The notes beneath the pieces were generated by a model, which saw only the letters and a list, made by a program, of their open reading frames with translations, did not search any database and was not told the origin of the DNA. This document shows, piece after piece, positions 19,022 to 28,200 of a stretch of 64,000 nt of DNA. The translations under genes and the position numbers were made by a program. The stretch is from an uncultured Bacilli bacterium (lineage in GTDB: Bacteria > Bacillota_I > Bacilli_A > RFN20 > DUOF01). The DNA is taken from positions 1,518-65,517 of the forward strand of contig CALVUJ010000022.1 of the NCBI GenBank assembly GCA_944363575.1, in the 5' to 3' direction. Numbering within the stretch: position 1 is the stretch's first letter; each line of letters starts with the position of its first letter.

Positions 19022-20962
19022 GTGGCATCAAAGAATAGTTACAATGAAAGTAGTATTCAAATATTAGAAGGACTAGAGGCTGTAAGAAAGCGTCCAGGTA
19101 TGTATATTGGATCTACTGATTATCGAGGGTTACATCACCTTGTGTGGGAAATCGTTGATAATGCGATAGATGAGGTAATGGCAGGGTATGGTAATAAGAT
19201 TACCGTTACGATTTATAAAGATAATTCTGTTTCAGTGTTAGATGAAGGTAGAGGTGTTCCTACAGGGATGCATGCTTCAGGGAAAAGTACTCCTGAAGTA
19301 GTGTATACTGTTTTACATGCTGGTGGTAAGTTTGGCCAAGAAGGTGGGTATAAGACTTCTAGTGGGTTACATGGTGTAGGTGCTTCAGTAGTTAATGCTT
19401 TATCTACTTTTATGGATGTTACTATTTATCGAGATGGAAAAGTTCATCATATTAGGTTTGAAAATGGTGGTAAATGTACGGTTCCTTTAGAAGTTATAGG
19501 TAATACTTATAGGCATGGTACTTTAGTGCATTTTAAGCCTGATGATAAGATTTTTTCTACTACTGAATTTAATTTTAATACGATTAGTGAAAGACTTAAA
19601 GAAAGTGCGTTTTTGCTTAAAGGTCTTGAAATTAATTTAATAGATTTAAGAAATGATAAACAAGAAACGTATCATTATGAAAATGGTATGATTGCCTTTG
19701 TAGAGTTTATTAATGAGTCTAGGACTCCTATTAATAAACCTGTTCATTTTGAAGGTAGTGATAGTAATGGTATTAATATAGATGTAGCTTTTCAATATTG
19801 TGAAGAATATGATGAAAATACTTTGTCTTTTGTTAATAATGTTAGGACTAAAGATGGAGGAACTCATGAAGTTGGGTTAAAGAGTGCTTTTACGAAAGCT
19901 TTTAATGATTATGCTAGAAAGACAGGGATTTTAAAAGAGAAGGATAAGAATTTAGAAGGTAGTGATATTAGAGAAGGTTTAACATCTATTGTTTCTATTA
20001 AAGTGCCTGAGAAATTATTGCAATTTGAGGGTCAAACTAAGTCTAAATTAGGTACTAGTGAGGCTAAGGGTGCTGTTGAAAATATGATGTATGATAAGTT
20101 AACTACCTATTTAGAAGAGAATAAAGAAGTAGCACAAAACTTGTTAAAGAAGGCTTTGAAAGCTTATCAAGTTAGAGAAGCAGCTAGGAAAGCAAGAGAT
20201 GAAGCAAGGGGAGTTAAGAAGGCTAAGGTGGAAAGAATTCTTAGTGGAAAATTAACTCCAGCACAATCGAAAGATAAACTTAAAAATGAGTTATTTTTAG
20301 TAGAGGGTGATTCTGCTGGTGGAAGTGCTAAGCAAGGTCGTGATAGGCACCATCAAGCGATTCTTCCGTTGCGTGGTAAAGTTATTAATAGTGAGAAAAC
20401 AAAGTTATCAGAGTTAATGAAAAATGAGGAAATTGCAACTATTATTAATACGATGGGGGCAGGAGTAGGTAATGAGTTTAATATTAAGGATGCTAATTAT
20501 GGAAAACTTATTATTATGACTGATGCTGATACTGATGGTGCTCACATTCAAGTGCTTATTTTAACATTTGTATATCGTTTTATGCGTCCTTTAATTGAGA
20601 ATCATCGAGTATTTATTGCTTGTCCTCCTTTATATAAAATTAGTAAGAATACTAGTAAGGGAGAAAAATTTAAGTATGCTTGGGATGATAGTGAGTTAGA
20701 TGAGTATAAAAAAGAATTTGGCAATGGGTATACTATTCAAAGATATAAAGGTCTTGGAGAGATGAATGCTACACAATTATGGGAAACTACAATGAATCCT
20801 GAGACTAGAAGTTTAATTGAAGTAACGATTGATGATGCGATAGCTGCGGAAAGAAGAATTAGTGTTTTAATGGGTGATAAGCCTGATATTCGTCGTAAAT
20901 GGATAGAAGATAATGTCAAGTTTACTTTAGAAGATGCGTTTGTAGAGGAGAGTGCTAGATAA
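19022..20962 (+). CDS. parE: DNA topoisomerase IV subunit B
   Basis: GHKL ATPase and Toprim motifs (EGDSAGG, PLRGKVIN). Adjacent to parC with plsY upstream, as in B. subtilis. Probable GTG start at 19022 after RBS gaagggag. Confidence 0.85.
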   Translation: MASKNSYNESSIQILEGLEAVRKRPGMYIGSTDYRGLHHLVWEIVDNAIDEVMAGYGNKITVTIYKDNSVSVLDEGRGVPTGMHASGKSTPEVVYTVLHAGGKFGQEGGYKTSSGLHGVGASVVNALSTFMDVTIYRDGKVHHIRFENGGKCTVPLEVIGNTYRHGTLVHFKPDDKIFSTTEFNFNTISERLKESAFLLKGLEINLIDLRNDKQETYHYENGMIAFVEFINESRTPINKPVHFEGSDSNGINIDVAFQYCEEYDENTLSFVNNVRTKDGGTHEVGLKSAFTKAFNDYARKTGILKEKDKNLEGSDIREGLTSIVSIKVPEKLLQFEGQTKSKLGTSEAKGAVENMMYDKLTTYLEENKEVAQNLLKKALKAYQVREAARKARDEARGVKKAKVERILSGKLTPAQSKDKLKNELFLVEGDSAGGSAKQGRDRHHQAILPLRGKVINSEKTKLSELMKNEEIATIINTMGAGVGNEFNIKDANYGKLIIMTDADTDGAHIQVLILTFVYRFMRPLIENHRVFIACPPLYKISKNTSKGEKFKYAWDDSELDEYKKEFGNGYTIQRYKGLGEMNATQLWETTMNPETRSLIEVTIDDAIAAERRISVLMGDKPDIRRKWIEDNVKFTLEDAFVEESAR

Positions 20963-23514
20963 TGAATGAGAGAAATATTGTCTTTCCTTTAGAAGATATA
21001 TTTGGAGATAGGTTTGGTAAATATTCTAAGTATATTATTCAAGATCGTGCTTTACCTGATGCAAGAGATGGGTTAAAGCCTGTTCAAAGAAGAATTTTAT
21101 TTGCAATGCATGTTGAGGGTAATACATATAAAAAGCCACATCGTAAGAGTGCTAAAACAGTAGGTGTTGTTATTGGTAATTATCATCCACATGGTGATAG
21201 TAGTGTTTATGATGCGATGACAAGAATGTCACAATGGTGGAAGTCTAATTGTCCTTTAATTGATATGCATGGTAATAATGGGTCTATTGATAATGACCCT
21301 CCAGCAGCGATGCGTTATACCGAAGCAAGGTTGAGTGCGATTGCAAGTGAACTATTAAAAGATATTGAAAAAGAAACGGTTAATATGACTTATAACTTTG
21401 ATGATACTTCACTAGAACCTACGGTTTTACCATGTAGATTTCCAAATTTATTAGTAAATGGGGCTAAGGGTATTGCAGCGGGATATGCGACAGAGATTCC
21501 ACCTCATAATTTAGGAGAAGTTATTGATGCTGTTATATATCGAATTCGTAATAAAAATTGTACAGTTGAAGAATTAATGGATTATATTAAGGGACCTGAT
21601 TTTCCAACTGGAGGTATTGTACAAGGTAAAGAAGGGTTAATAGAGGCATATAAGACAGGACGTGGTAAATGCGTTATTAAGTCTAAAACAGAGATTGTTG
21701 ATACTAAGAATGGAAAACAAATTGTTGTTACGGAAATTCCTTTTGAAGTAGTTAAGTGTGATTTAGTTAGAAGTATTGATCAATTAGTGTTTGATAGAAA
21801 AGTAGAGGGAATTAGTGAAGTTCGTGATGAGTCTGATAAAGAAGGGCTTCGTATTGCTATTGATTTAAAGAAAGATGTAGATCCTCAAGTTGTTTTGAAT
21901 TATTTGATGAAGCAAACTTCTTTACAAATTAATTATAATTATAATGTGATTGCTATTTGTAATAAAAGGCCAATGTTGATGTCTTTACCTCAATTACTAG
22001 ATTCTTATATTAATCATCAAATTGATGTTGATACTAAAAGAACTATTTATGATTTAGAAAATGCTAAGGCAAGATTGCATATTATTGAAGGTTTAATTAT
22101 TGCTATTAATAATTTAGATGAAGTTATTAAATTAATTAGAGCTAGTAAGGATAAAGCAGAGTGTAAGAGTAAGTTGCAGGAGAGATTTGCTTTAACTGAG
22201 AAGCAATCTGAAGCTGTTGTAACGATGCAACTATATCGTTTATCATCTACTGATATTACTTTATTAAAAGAAGAAAAAGCTAAATTAGAAGATTTGTGTG
22301 TTGAGTTAAAATCTTTACTAGATGATGAAAAGAAGATGCGTAAGTTAATTATTAATGAGTTAAGTGAAGTTAAAAAAACGTACGCAACAGAAAGAAAGAG
22401 TGTTATTCAAGATGAAATTGATGATTTAGTGATTGATAAAATGGCTATGGTTACTAAAGAAGAAGTAATGGTTAGTGTTTCTAGAAAAGGGTATTGTAAA
22501 CGTTCATCAATGAAATCATATTCTGCGAGTGAGGGTGCTTTACCTGCTACTAAAGAAAATGATATTTTGGTAGCTACTTTAAAGGCTATGACTACTGACG
22601 TTTTACTACTATTTACTAATAAGGGTAATTTCTTATATTTGCCTGTTTTTGAGTTAGTGGAAGGTAAGTGGAAAGATGAAGGTACACATATTAATAATGT
22701 GGTTACTTTGACTAGTGAAGAATATATTATTAGTGCTTTGTTAGTTAAAGATTTTAAGAAAGATATTAGTATTGTGATGGTTTCTAAAAACGGGTTAATT
22801 AAGAAAACTAGTTTAGAGGAGTTTAAAGCTCTTAGATATTCTAAACCTATTAAGTGTATGGCTTTAAAGAGTGATGATATGATGGTTGGAGCTAGTTATA
22901 GTGATGGTGATAGTGAAGTTGTTGTTATTAGTGATACAGGTATGGCTTTAAGGTATCATGAAAATGGTGTTCCTCTTTTAGGTTTGAAAGCAAGTGGAGT
23001 TAAAGCCGTTAGTGATGTTAGTAAAACAGGTCATTTAGTAGGAAGTGCTGTTTTAACTAATGAATCGACAAGATTAGTTTATTTAGTTACGGATAAAGGT
23101 GGTAGTAAAGTTATTAATCCACGTAATATTAACTTAACTTTAAGAACCAATAAAGCTACTTCCGTTTATAAGTGCTTTAAGTCAGATCCTCATAAGACAA
23201 TAGGTATGGGATTTGTAAATGAAGATAAGAAAGTATTTGCTTTAACGAATAAAAATGATATTATTGAAATTGATGTTAGTGAAAGAGCTCAACCTTTTGA
23301 TAAAAACATCAGAGGGGAATTAGAATTAAAGGATAAGGAATTATTAATAATTGTTTCTAATTTAGAGGCTAATGTCATAGATAGTAGTATTCCTACTTTC
23401 CATGTTGAGAACGAACATTTTGCTATTGAAAAGGAAGAAAAAATAGAGAAAGAGGAAAGTAATGAGGAATATGAAAAAATTTCAATTTTGGATTTATTAG
23501 GTGATGATTTTTAA
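20962..23514 (+). CDS. parC: DNA topoisomerase IV subunit A
   Basis: GyrA/ParC N-terminal AMRYTEARL motif and 850 aa. Confidence 0.85.
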   Translation: MNERNIVFPLEDIFGDRFGKYSKYIIQDRALPDARDGLKPVQRRILFAMHVEGNTYKKPHRKSAKTVGVVIGNYHPHGDSSVYDAMTRMSQWWKSNCPLIDMHGNNGSIDNDPPAAMRYTEARLSAIASELLKDIEKETVNMTYNFDDTSLEPTVLPCRFPNLLVNGAKGIAAGYATEIPPHNLGEVIDAVIYRIRNKNCTVEELMDYIKGPDFPTGGIVQGKEGLIEAYKTGRGKCVIKSKTEIVDTKNGKQIVVTEIPFEVVKCDLVRSIDQLVFDRKVEGISEVRDESDKEGLRIAIDLKKDVDPQVVLNYLMKQTSLQINYNYNVIAICNKRPMLMSLPQLLDSYINHQIDVDTKRTIYDLENAKARLHIIEGLIIAINNLDEVIKLIRASKDKAECKSKLQERFALTEKQSEAVVTMQLYRLSSTDITLLKEEKAKLEDLCVELKSLLDDEKKMRKLIINELSEVKKTYATERKSVIQDEIDDLVIDKMAMVTKEEVMVSVSRKGYCKRSSMKSYSASEGALPATKENDILVATLKAMTTDVLLLFTNKGNFLYLPVFELVEGKWKDEGTHINNVVTLTSEEYIISALLVKDFKKDISIVMVSKNGLIKKTSLEEFKALRYSKPIKCMALKSDDMMVGASYSDGDSEVVVISDTGMALRYHENGVPLLGLKASGVKAVSDVSKTGHLVGSAVLTNESTRLVYLVTDKGGSKVINPRNINLTLRTNKATSVYKCFKSDPHKTIGMGFVNEDKKVFALTNKNDIIEIDVSERAQPFDKNIRGELELKDKELLIIVSNLEANVIDSSIPTFHVENEHFAIEKEEKIEKEESNEEYEKISILDLLGDDF

Positions 23515-23530
23515 TAAAGGGGGAAATTAA

Positions 23531-24376
23531 ATGAATAAAGTAGTCGTATTAACGGATAGTACATGTGATTTGTCAGAAAAACTTATAAAGGATAATGATA
23601 TTAAGGTAATGCCTTTATATGTAACTTTTGATTCAGAGATTTATAAAGATAGGGAAGAGATTCAACCAGCAAAATTATATGAAATGATTAAAGAAAAGAA
23701 AAAGTTACCTAAGACAAGTGCTGCTTCAGTTGGAGATTTCATGAACGAATTTAGTAAGTATTTGGATCAAGGTTATGAAGTTTTTTATACGGGTATTAGT
23801 AGTAAGTTATCTGCGACTTATAGTAATGCTTTGTTAGCTAAAGAAGAGTTAAAAACAGATAAGGTGGAGATTAGTGATAGTCTTAATCTTTCTACTGGTA
23901 TTGGTTTGTTACTACTTAAGGCTAGTAAACTTGCTAAACAAGGGAAGAGTGCTAAAGAGATAAAGGAAGAGGTAGACAAGTTAGCTGGTAATGTGCGTTG
24001 TAAATTTGTTGTAGAGTCTTTAGAGTATTTGCATAAAGGTGGTAGATGTAGTGGAGTAGCACGTTTCTTTGGGACAATGGCTAGACTTAAACCTGTTATT
24101 ATCGTTAAGGATGGAAAGATGGATGTTTTAGCTAAGACAATTGGTAAAAGAAGAGGATTACAAGTTATGCTTGATGATATTATTGCTAATAAAGATCATA
24201 TTCATAATGATTGTGTTATGATTACGCATACATATGCTGATGAAGATGCTAAGTACTTGTATGATGTATTAAGTAGAGAGTTACCTGAAGCACATATTGA
24301 GATTACTGAAGCGGGATGTGTTATTAGTTCACATTGCGGTAAGGGAACAATTGGTATTTTATATATTTCCAAATAA
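23531..24376 (+). CDS. DegV family fatty-acid-binding protein
   Basis: 281 aa with DegV fold motifs. Confidence 0.85.
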   Translation: MNKVVVLTDSTCDLSEKLIKDNDIKVMPLYVTFDSEIYKDREEIQPAKLYEMIKEKKKLPKTSAASVGDFMNEFSKYLDQGYEVFYTGISSKLSATYSNALLAKEELKTDKVEISDSLNLSTGIGLLLLKASKLAKQGKSAKEIKEEVDKLAGNVRCKFVVESLEYLHKGGRCSGVARFFGTMARLKPVIIVKDGKMDVLAKTIGKRRGLQVMLDDIIANKDHIHNDCVMITHTYADEDAKYLYDVLSRELPEAHIEITEAGCVISSHCGKGTIGILYISK

Positions 24377-24405
24377 GGCACAATTAATTTGTGCTTTTTT
24401 ATAAA
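24376..24405 (+). terminator. Intrinsic terminator after degV
   Basis: Stem ggcacaa/ttgtgc followed by T6. Confidence 0.55.
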
Positions 24406-24487
24406 ATGTGATTATTTTCTAGATTGGAAATAGTTGAGTAAGTTATAAGTAATTAGATGATAATTGTTATTATATAGGTGAGGTGTC

Positions 24488-25432
24488 TTGATGAGTGTTA
24501 TTGAAATTAGCAATTTAACAAAGTATTTTAAAGATGTTAAAGCTGTTGATTGTTTGAGTTTTAAGGTAGATAAAGGGGCTTTGTTTGCTTTTTTGGGAGT
24601 TAATGGAGCAGGTAAGTCTACAACTATTAATATTATGTGTGGGCAATTAAGTAAGGATGAAGGAAAAGTTATTATTGATGGTGTAGATATTGATAAGGAT
24701 AGTGCTAGTGTTAAAAATAAAATAGGGGTAGTATTTCAAAATTCTGTATTAGATAAGTCTTTGTCTGTTAGAGATAATTTGCAAAGTAGAGCTAGTTTGT
24801 ATGGTATTGTTGGAGAAAATTTTGAGAATAAATTAAAAGAATTATCATCTATATTAGATTTGGGGAACCTTTTAAAAAGAAAGGTTGGTAAGTTATCTGG
24901 GGGTCAAAGGAGAAGAATTGATATTGCTAGGGCTTTGTTGCATGATCCTAAAATTTTAATTTTGGATGAGCCAACAACAGGATTAGATCCTTATACAAGA
25001 AAAATGATTTGGAAAGTTATAGATAAATTAAGAGATGAAAACGATGTAACAATCTTTTTAACGACACATTATATGGAAGAAGCTAGTGATAGTGATTATA
25101 TAGTAGTAATAGATGAAGGTAAAGTATTAGCAGAAGGGACACCTTTAGAGTTGAAAAATAAGTATACTGGTGATTATGTTACTTTATATGGGATTAAGGA
25201 AGAAGAAGTAAAATTATTAAAGAAGCCATATAAAAAGATAAAAGATGCTTATCGTGTATTTATTGAAGATACGAGTGAAGCTACTTCATTAATTATGAAA
25301 CACCCTAAAATATTTCAGGATTATGAGATTATAAAAGGTAAGTTAGATGATGTTTTTATTAATCTAACTAATAAAGAAATAAAAGAGGGAGGGGATTATA
25401 GTGAAGACATTAATGGAACTAGTGAAGCGTAA
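24488..25432 (+). CDS. ABC transporter ATP-binding protein (ABC-2 type)
   Basis: Walker A GVNGAGKST, signature LSGGQRRR and Walker B ILDEPT. Confidence 0.9.
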   Translation: MMSVIEISNLTKYFKDVKAVDCLSFKVDKGALFAFLGVNGAGKSTTINIMCGQLSKDEGKVIIDGVDIDKDSASVKNKIGVVFQNSVLDKSLSVRDNLQSRASLYGIVGENFENKLKELSSILDLGNLLKRKVGKLSGGQRRRIDIARALLHDPKILILDEPTTGLDPYTRKMIWKVIDKLRDENDVTIFLTTHYMEEASDSDYIVVIDEGKVLAEGTPLELKNKYTGDYVTLYGIKEEEVKLLKKPYKKIKDAYRVFIEDTSEATSLIMKHPKIFQDYEIIKGKLDDVFINLTNKEIKEGGDYSEDINGTSEA

Positions 25433-26294
25433 TATAAAAATGTTTTTTAGTGACAAAGGAATGTTTTTTACTTCTTTAATTACTCCAATTATTTTATTAG
25501 TTCTTTTTTTCAGTTTTTTAGGGAAAATATATGTAGATTCTTATTTAAATATGATGCCAGAAGGTATTGAAATAGATAGTTCGCTTATTCATGGTTTAGT
25601 GGGTGGGCAACTTTTATCATCTATGTTAGCTGTTTGTTGCGTGACAATCGCGTTTTGTTCTAATTTGTTGATGGTGCAAGATAAGGTAACTGGTGCTAGA
25701 AAAGATTTAACTGTTGCTCCAATTAAAAAATCTATTTTATCTTTAAGTTATTATATAGCATCTTTTTTATCAACTTTAATTATTTGTTTTGTAGCACTGC
25801 TTGCAGGTTTTGCATACTTAGCATTTGTTGGTTGGTATTTGTCTTTTGTTGATGTTTTAAAAATTATGTTAGATGTCGTTTTATTAGTAATGTTTGGTAC
25901 AGCTTTATCATCTCTTGTTAACTATCCTTTATTTACTTCAGGGCAAGGATCAGCGGTAGGTACCATTGTTAGTTCAGGATATGGGTTTATATGTGGAGCT
26001 TATATGCCTATTGCTAGTTTTTCTCCTATTTTACAAAATATTTTATCTTTTTTACCTAGTACTTATGGAACTTCTTTACTTAAAAATCACTGTACAGATA
26101 GTACTTTTAAGGCTTTGCTCGATGAAGGAGTTCCTAAAGAAATCATTGAAACAATGAGTAATTTTTTAGATTGTAATATTTATTTTTTTGATCATCAAGT
26201 TAGTATTTTAGTAATGTATCTTATTTTAATAGGTTCCACTTTATTATTAGTGGGCTTATATATTTTCATTAATAAAAGGGCGAAAAGAGTTTAA
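25401..26294 (+). CDS. ABC-2 family permease
   Basis: Six TM segments, overlaps the ATPase gene. Confidence 0.75.
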   Translation: MKTLMELVKRNIKMFFSDKGMFFTSLITPIILLVLFFSFLGKIYVDSYLNMMPEGIEIDSSLIHGLVGGQLLSSMLAVCCVTIAFCSNLLMVQDKVTGARKDLTVAPIKKSILSLSYYIASFLSTLIICFVALLAGFAYLAFVGWYLSFVDVLKIMLDVVLLVMFGTALSSLVNYPLFTSGQGSAVGTIVSSGYGFICGAYMPIASFSPILQNILSFLPSTYGTSLLKNHCTDSTFKALLDEGVPKEIIETMSNFLDCNIYFFDHQVSILVMYLILIGSTLLLVGLYIFINKRAKRV

Positions 26295-26298
26295 AAAA

Positions 26299-26330
26299 AT
26301 CACTATTTAGTGATTTTATTTTATTTTAGC
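26299..26330. terminator. Bidirectional terminator (aatcacta-tt-tagtgatt)
   Basis: Perfect 8-bp inverted repeat flanked by an A-run and a T-run between convergent genes. Confidence 0.6.
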
Positions 26331-27983
26331 TATTACTTGCTCAATTCGTTTCTCATAGCGATCTTTTCCAAGTATTTGAAGAATATTATATAAATTAGGT
26401 GATTTAGTTTTAGTACACATAGTAATTCTTATAATACTAGCCACATCACCAATATGTCCTTTATAAGCTTCTTTATTTTTCTTATATTCTTTTACATTAT
26501 CACAAAAGCCACATAAAGTAGCAATCCTTTTCAAGTTATTAAACCAATCAGTTTCATTTAAAGAAGGGTCATTTTCTTTTTTAAAAGTATTTAGTACATT
26601 AAGTGTATCTTCTTTGCTTATTAAAGAATTAAAAGGCAATTCTTCTTTTAACATTTCATTATAATAGTCATCATAGAAGAATAGAATACTTTCTTTTATA
26701 TCACTATATTTTTCATAGTCTTTACGAGGCTTTTCTATTTCTCTTTCTATATTCATTATTTCTTCAAAATAAGAACGATCTCTATCAATTAATTGTTTTA
26801 GTTCAAGATCATAAGTAGAAGCCCATGTGTAAGTTTCATCAGTTATTTCTTTTTTAGTCATTTTTGATAATACTTCTTTGCATATATTTTTTACTTTATC
26901 CATATCAAATAAGGCTCCATCAGAAGAGAATTTATCAAAAGATAACTTAAATTCATTGTTGTTTGTGTATGGGTTTGCTAGTCTCCATTCTTCAAAGTTA
27001 GAGTTAATTATTGTTAATAAGTATTCTATTAAACCTGTTTTAGGGTAACCGTAGTTAAAGAAGTAAGAAACAGCAGCTTCTTCATCATATCTTTTTGATA
27101 GTTTTCTTCTTCCACCTGTGTCACTAACTTTTTGAACAGTAGGTGTGTGGGCATATTTTGGGAACTGCCAATTCATTGTTTTAAATAGTTCATAGTGAAT
27201 AGGTAAAGAAGGTAACCATTCTTCTCCTCTTATTACTAGATTAGTACGCATAAAATGATCATCTACTAGATGAGCAAAATGATAAGTAGGTAAACCATCT
27301 TTTTTACGGATAATAATATCTAAATCATTTTCTGTTAATTCTAGTTTTCCTCTTATTTCATCATATACGCTTATTTTGTTTAGTTCGTTACCACTTGATT
27401 TGAATCTGATAACATAAGGTTCATTATTTTTGATTCTTTCAATAGCTTCTTTAGGAGTTATTGAATGGTATTTAGCATATTTTCCATAGCAACCAGGGCG
27501 AATCTTTTTCTTTTCTTGCATTCTCCTTAGTTCCTCTAATTCTTCGCTAGACATAAAGCAAGGGTATGCTAGACCTCTTTTTATTAATTCTTTTATGACA
27601 ATATCATAGATATTTGCTCTTTTTGATTGAATATAAGGAGCATATTTTCCTTCTTCGTGATCTCCTAAGTAACCTTCATCTGGAATAATATTAAATTCTT
27701 TTAATTCATTTAATAAGGTAATTCCAGTTCCTTTGATTTCTCTTTTTTGATCAGTGTCTTCTAATCTTATGTAAAATAGACCGTTTGTTTGCTTAGCAAA
27801 ACGATAGTTTACTAGAGTCATAAACAAAGAACCAGTGTGTAAAAAACCAGTTGGTGAAGGAGCAAATCTTGTTATAAGAGCATCTTTATTCAAGTTTCTA
27901 GGAGGGTACCTTTTTTCTAAATCTTCAATTGTTTCAGTAACATTAGGGAAGATTAAGTTTGCTAATTCAATATATTCGTTCAT
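26316..27983 (-). CDS. gltX: Glutamate--tRNA ligase (class I)
   Basis: PSPTGFLHTGS (HIGH-like) and KLSKR (KMSKS) motifs. Start trimmed to the internal ATG at 27983, because the first 50 residues of the track ORF look like noncoding read-through. Confidence 0.8.
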   Translation of the reverse strand: MNEYIELANLIFPNVTETIEDLEKRYPPRNLNKDALITRFAPSPTGFLHTGSLFMTLVNYRFAKQTNGLFYIRLEDTDQKREIKGTGITLLNELKEFNIIPDEGYLGDHEEGKYAPYIQSKRANIYDIVIKELIKRGLAYPCFMSSEELEELRRMQEKKKIRPGCYGKYAKYHSITPKEAIERIKNNEPYVIRFKSSGNELNKISVYDEIRGKLELTENDLDIIIRKKDGLPTYHFAHLVDDHFMRTNLVIRGEEWLPSLPIHYELFKTMNWQFPKYAHTPTVQKVSDTGGRRKLSKRYDEEAAVSYFFNYGYPKTGLIEYLLTIINSNFEEWRLANPYTNNNEFKLSFDKFSSDGALFDMDKVKNICKEVLSKMTKKEITDETYTWASTYDLELKQLIDRDRSYFEEIMNIEREIEKPRKDYEKYSDIKESILFFYDDYYNEMLKEELPFNSLISKEDTLNVLNTFKKENDPSLNETDWFNNLKRIATLCGFCDNVKEYKKNKEAYKGHIGDVASIIRITMCTKTKSPNLYNILQILGKDRYEKRIEQVIAKIK

Positions 27984-28200
27984 TGTAATACCTTCTTTCG
28001 CTTTGTTATTATAGCAAATGGCAAATAAAAATGCATTAGTAAGATAATTAAATTTGTATATTAACTTTTTATTGTAGAAAAAAGTTGAAAATATAAAAAA
28101 TTTGTTAGAAAAAGGGGTGATTTTGGTTGACATTAAGTTTTAGAAAAAGGTATTATTGAAAAGCGCGTTTTTGATAATTGAATTAACTGGAGGTAATAGA

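Noticed and set aside
27984-28133. 50-codon N-terminal extension of gltX on the track
   Set aside because: The extension is Phe/Tyr/Asn-rich low-complexity sequence without GluRS homology. An internal Met lies directly ahead of the conserved catalytic core.
28156-28200. Upstream extension of the repeat lipoprotein ORF (MKSAFLIIELTGGNR...)
   Set aside because: The RBS ggaggt precedes ATG 28201, and the signal peptide begins there. The extension overlaps the promoter.
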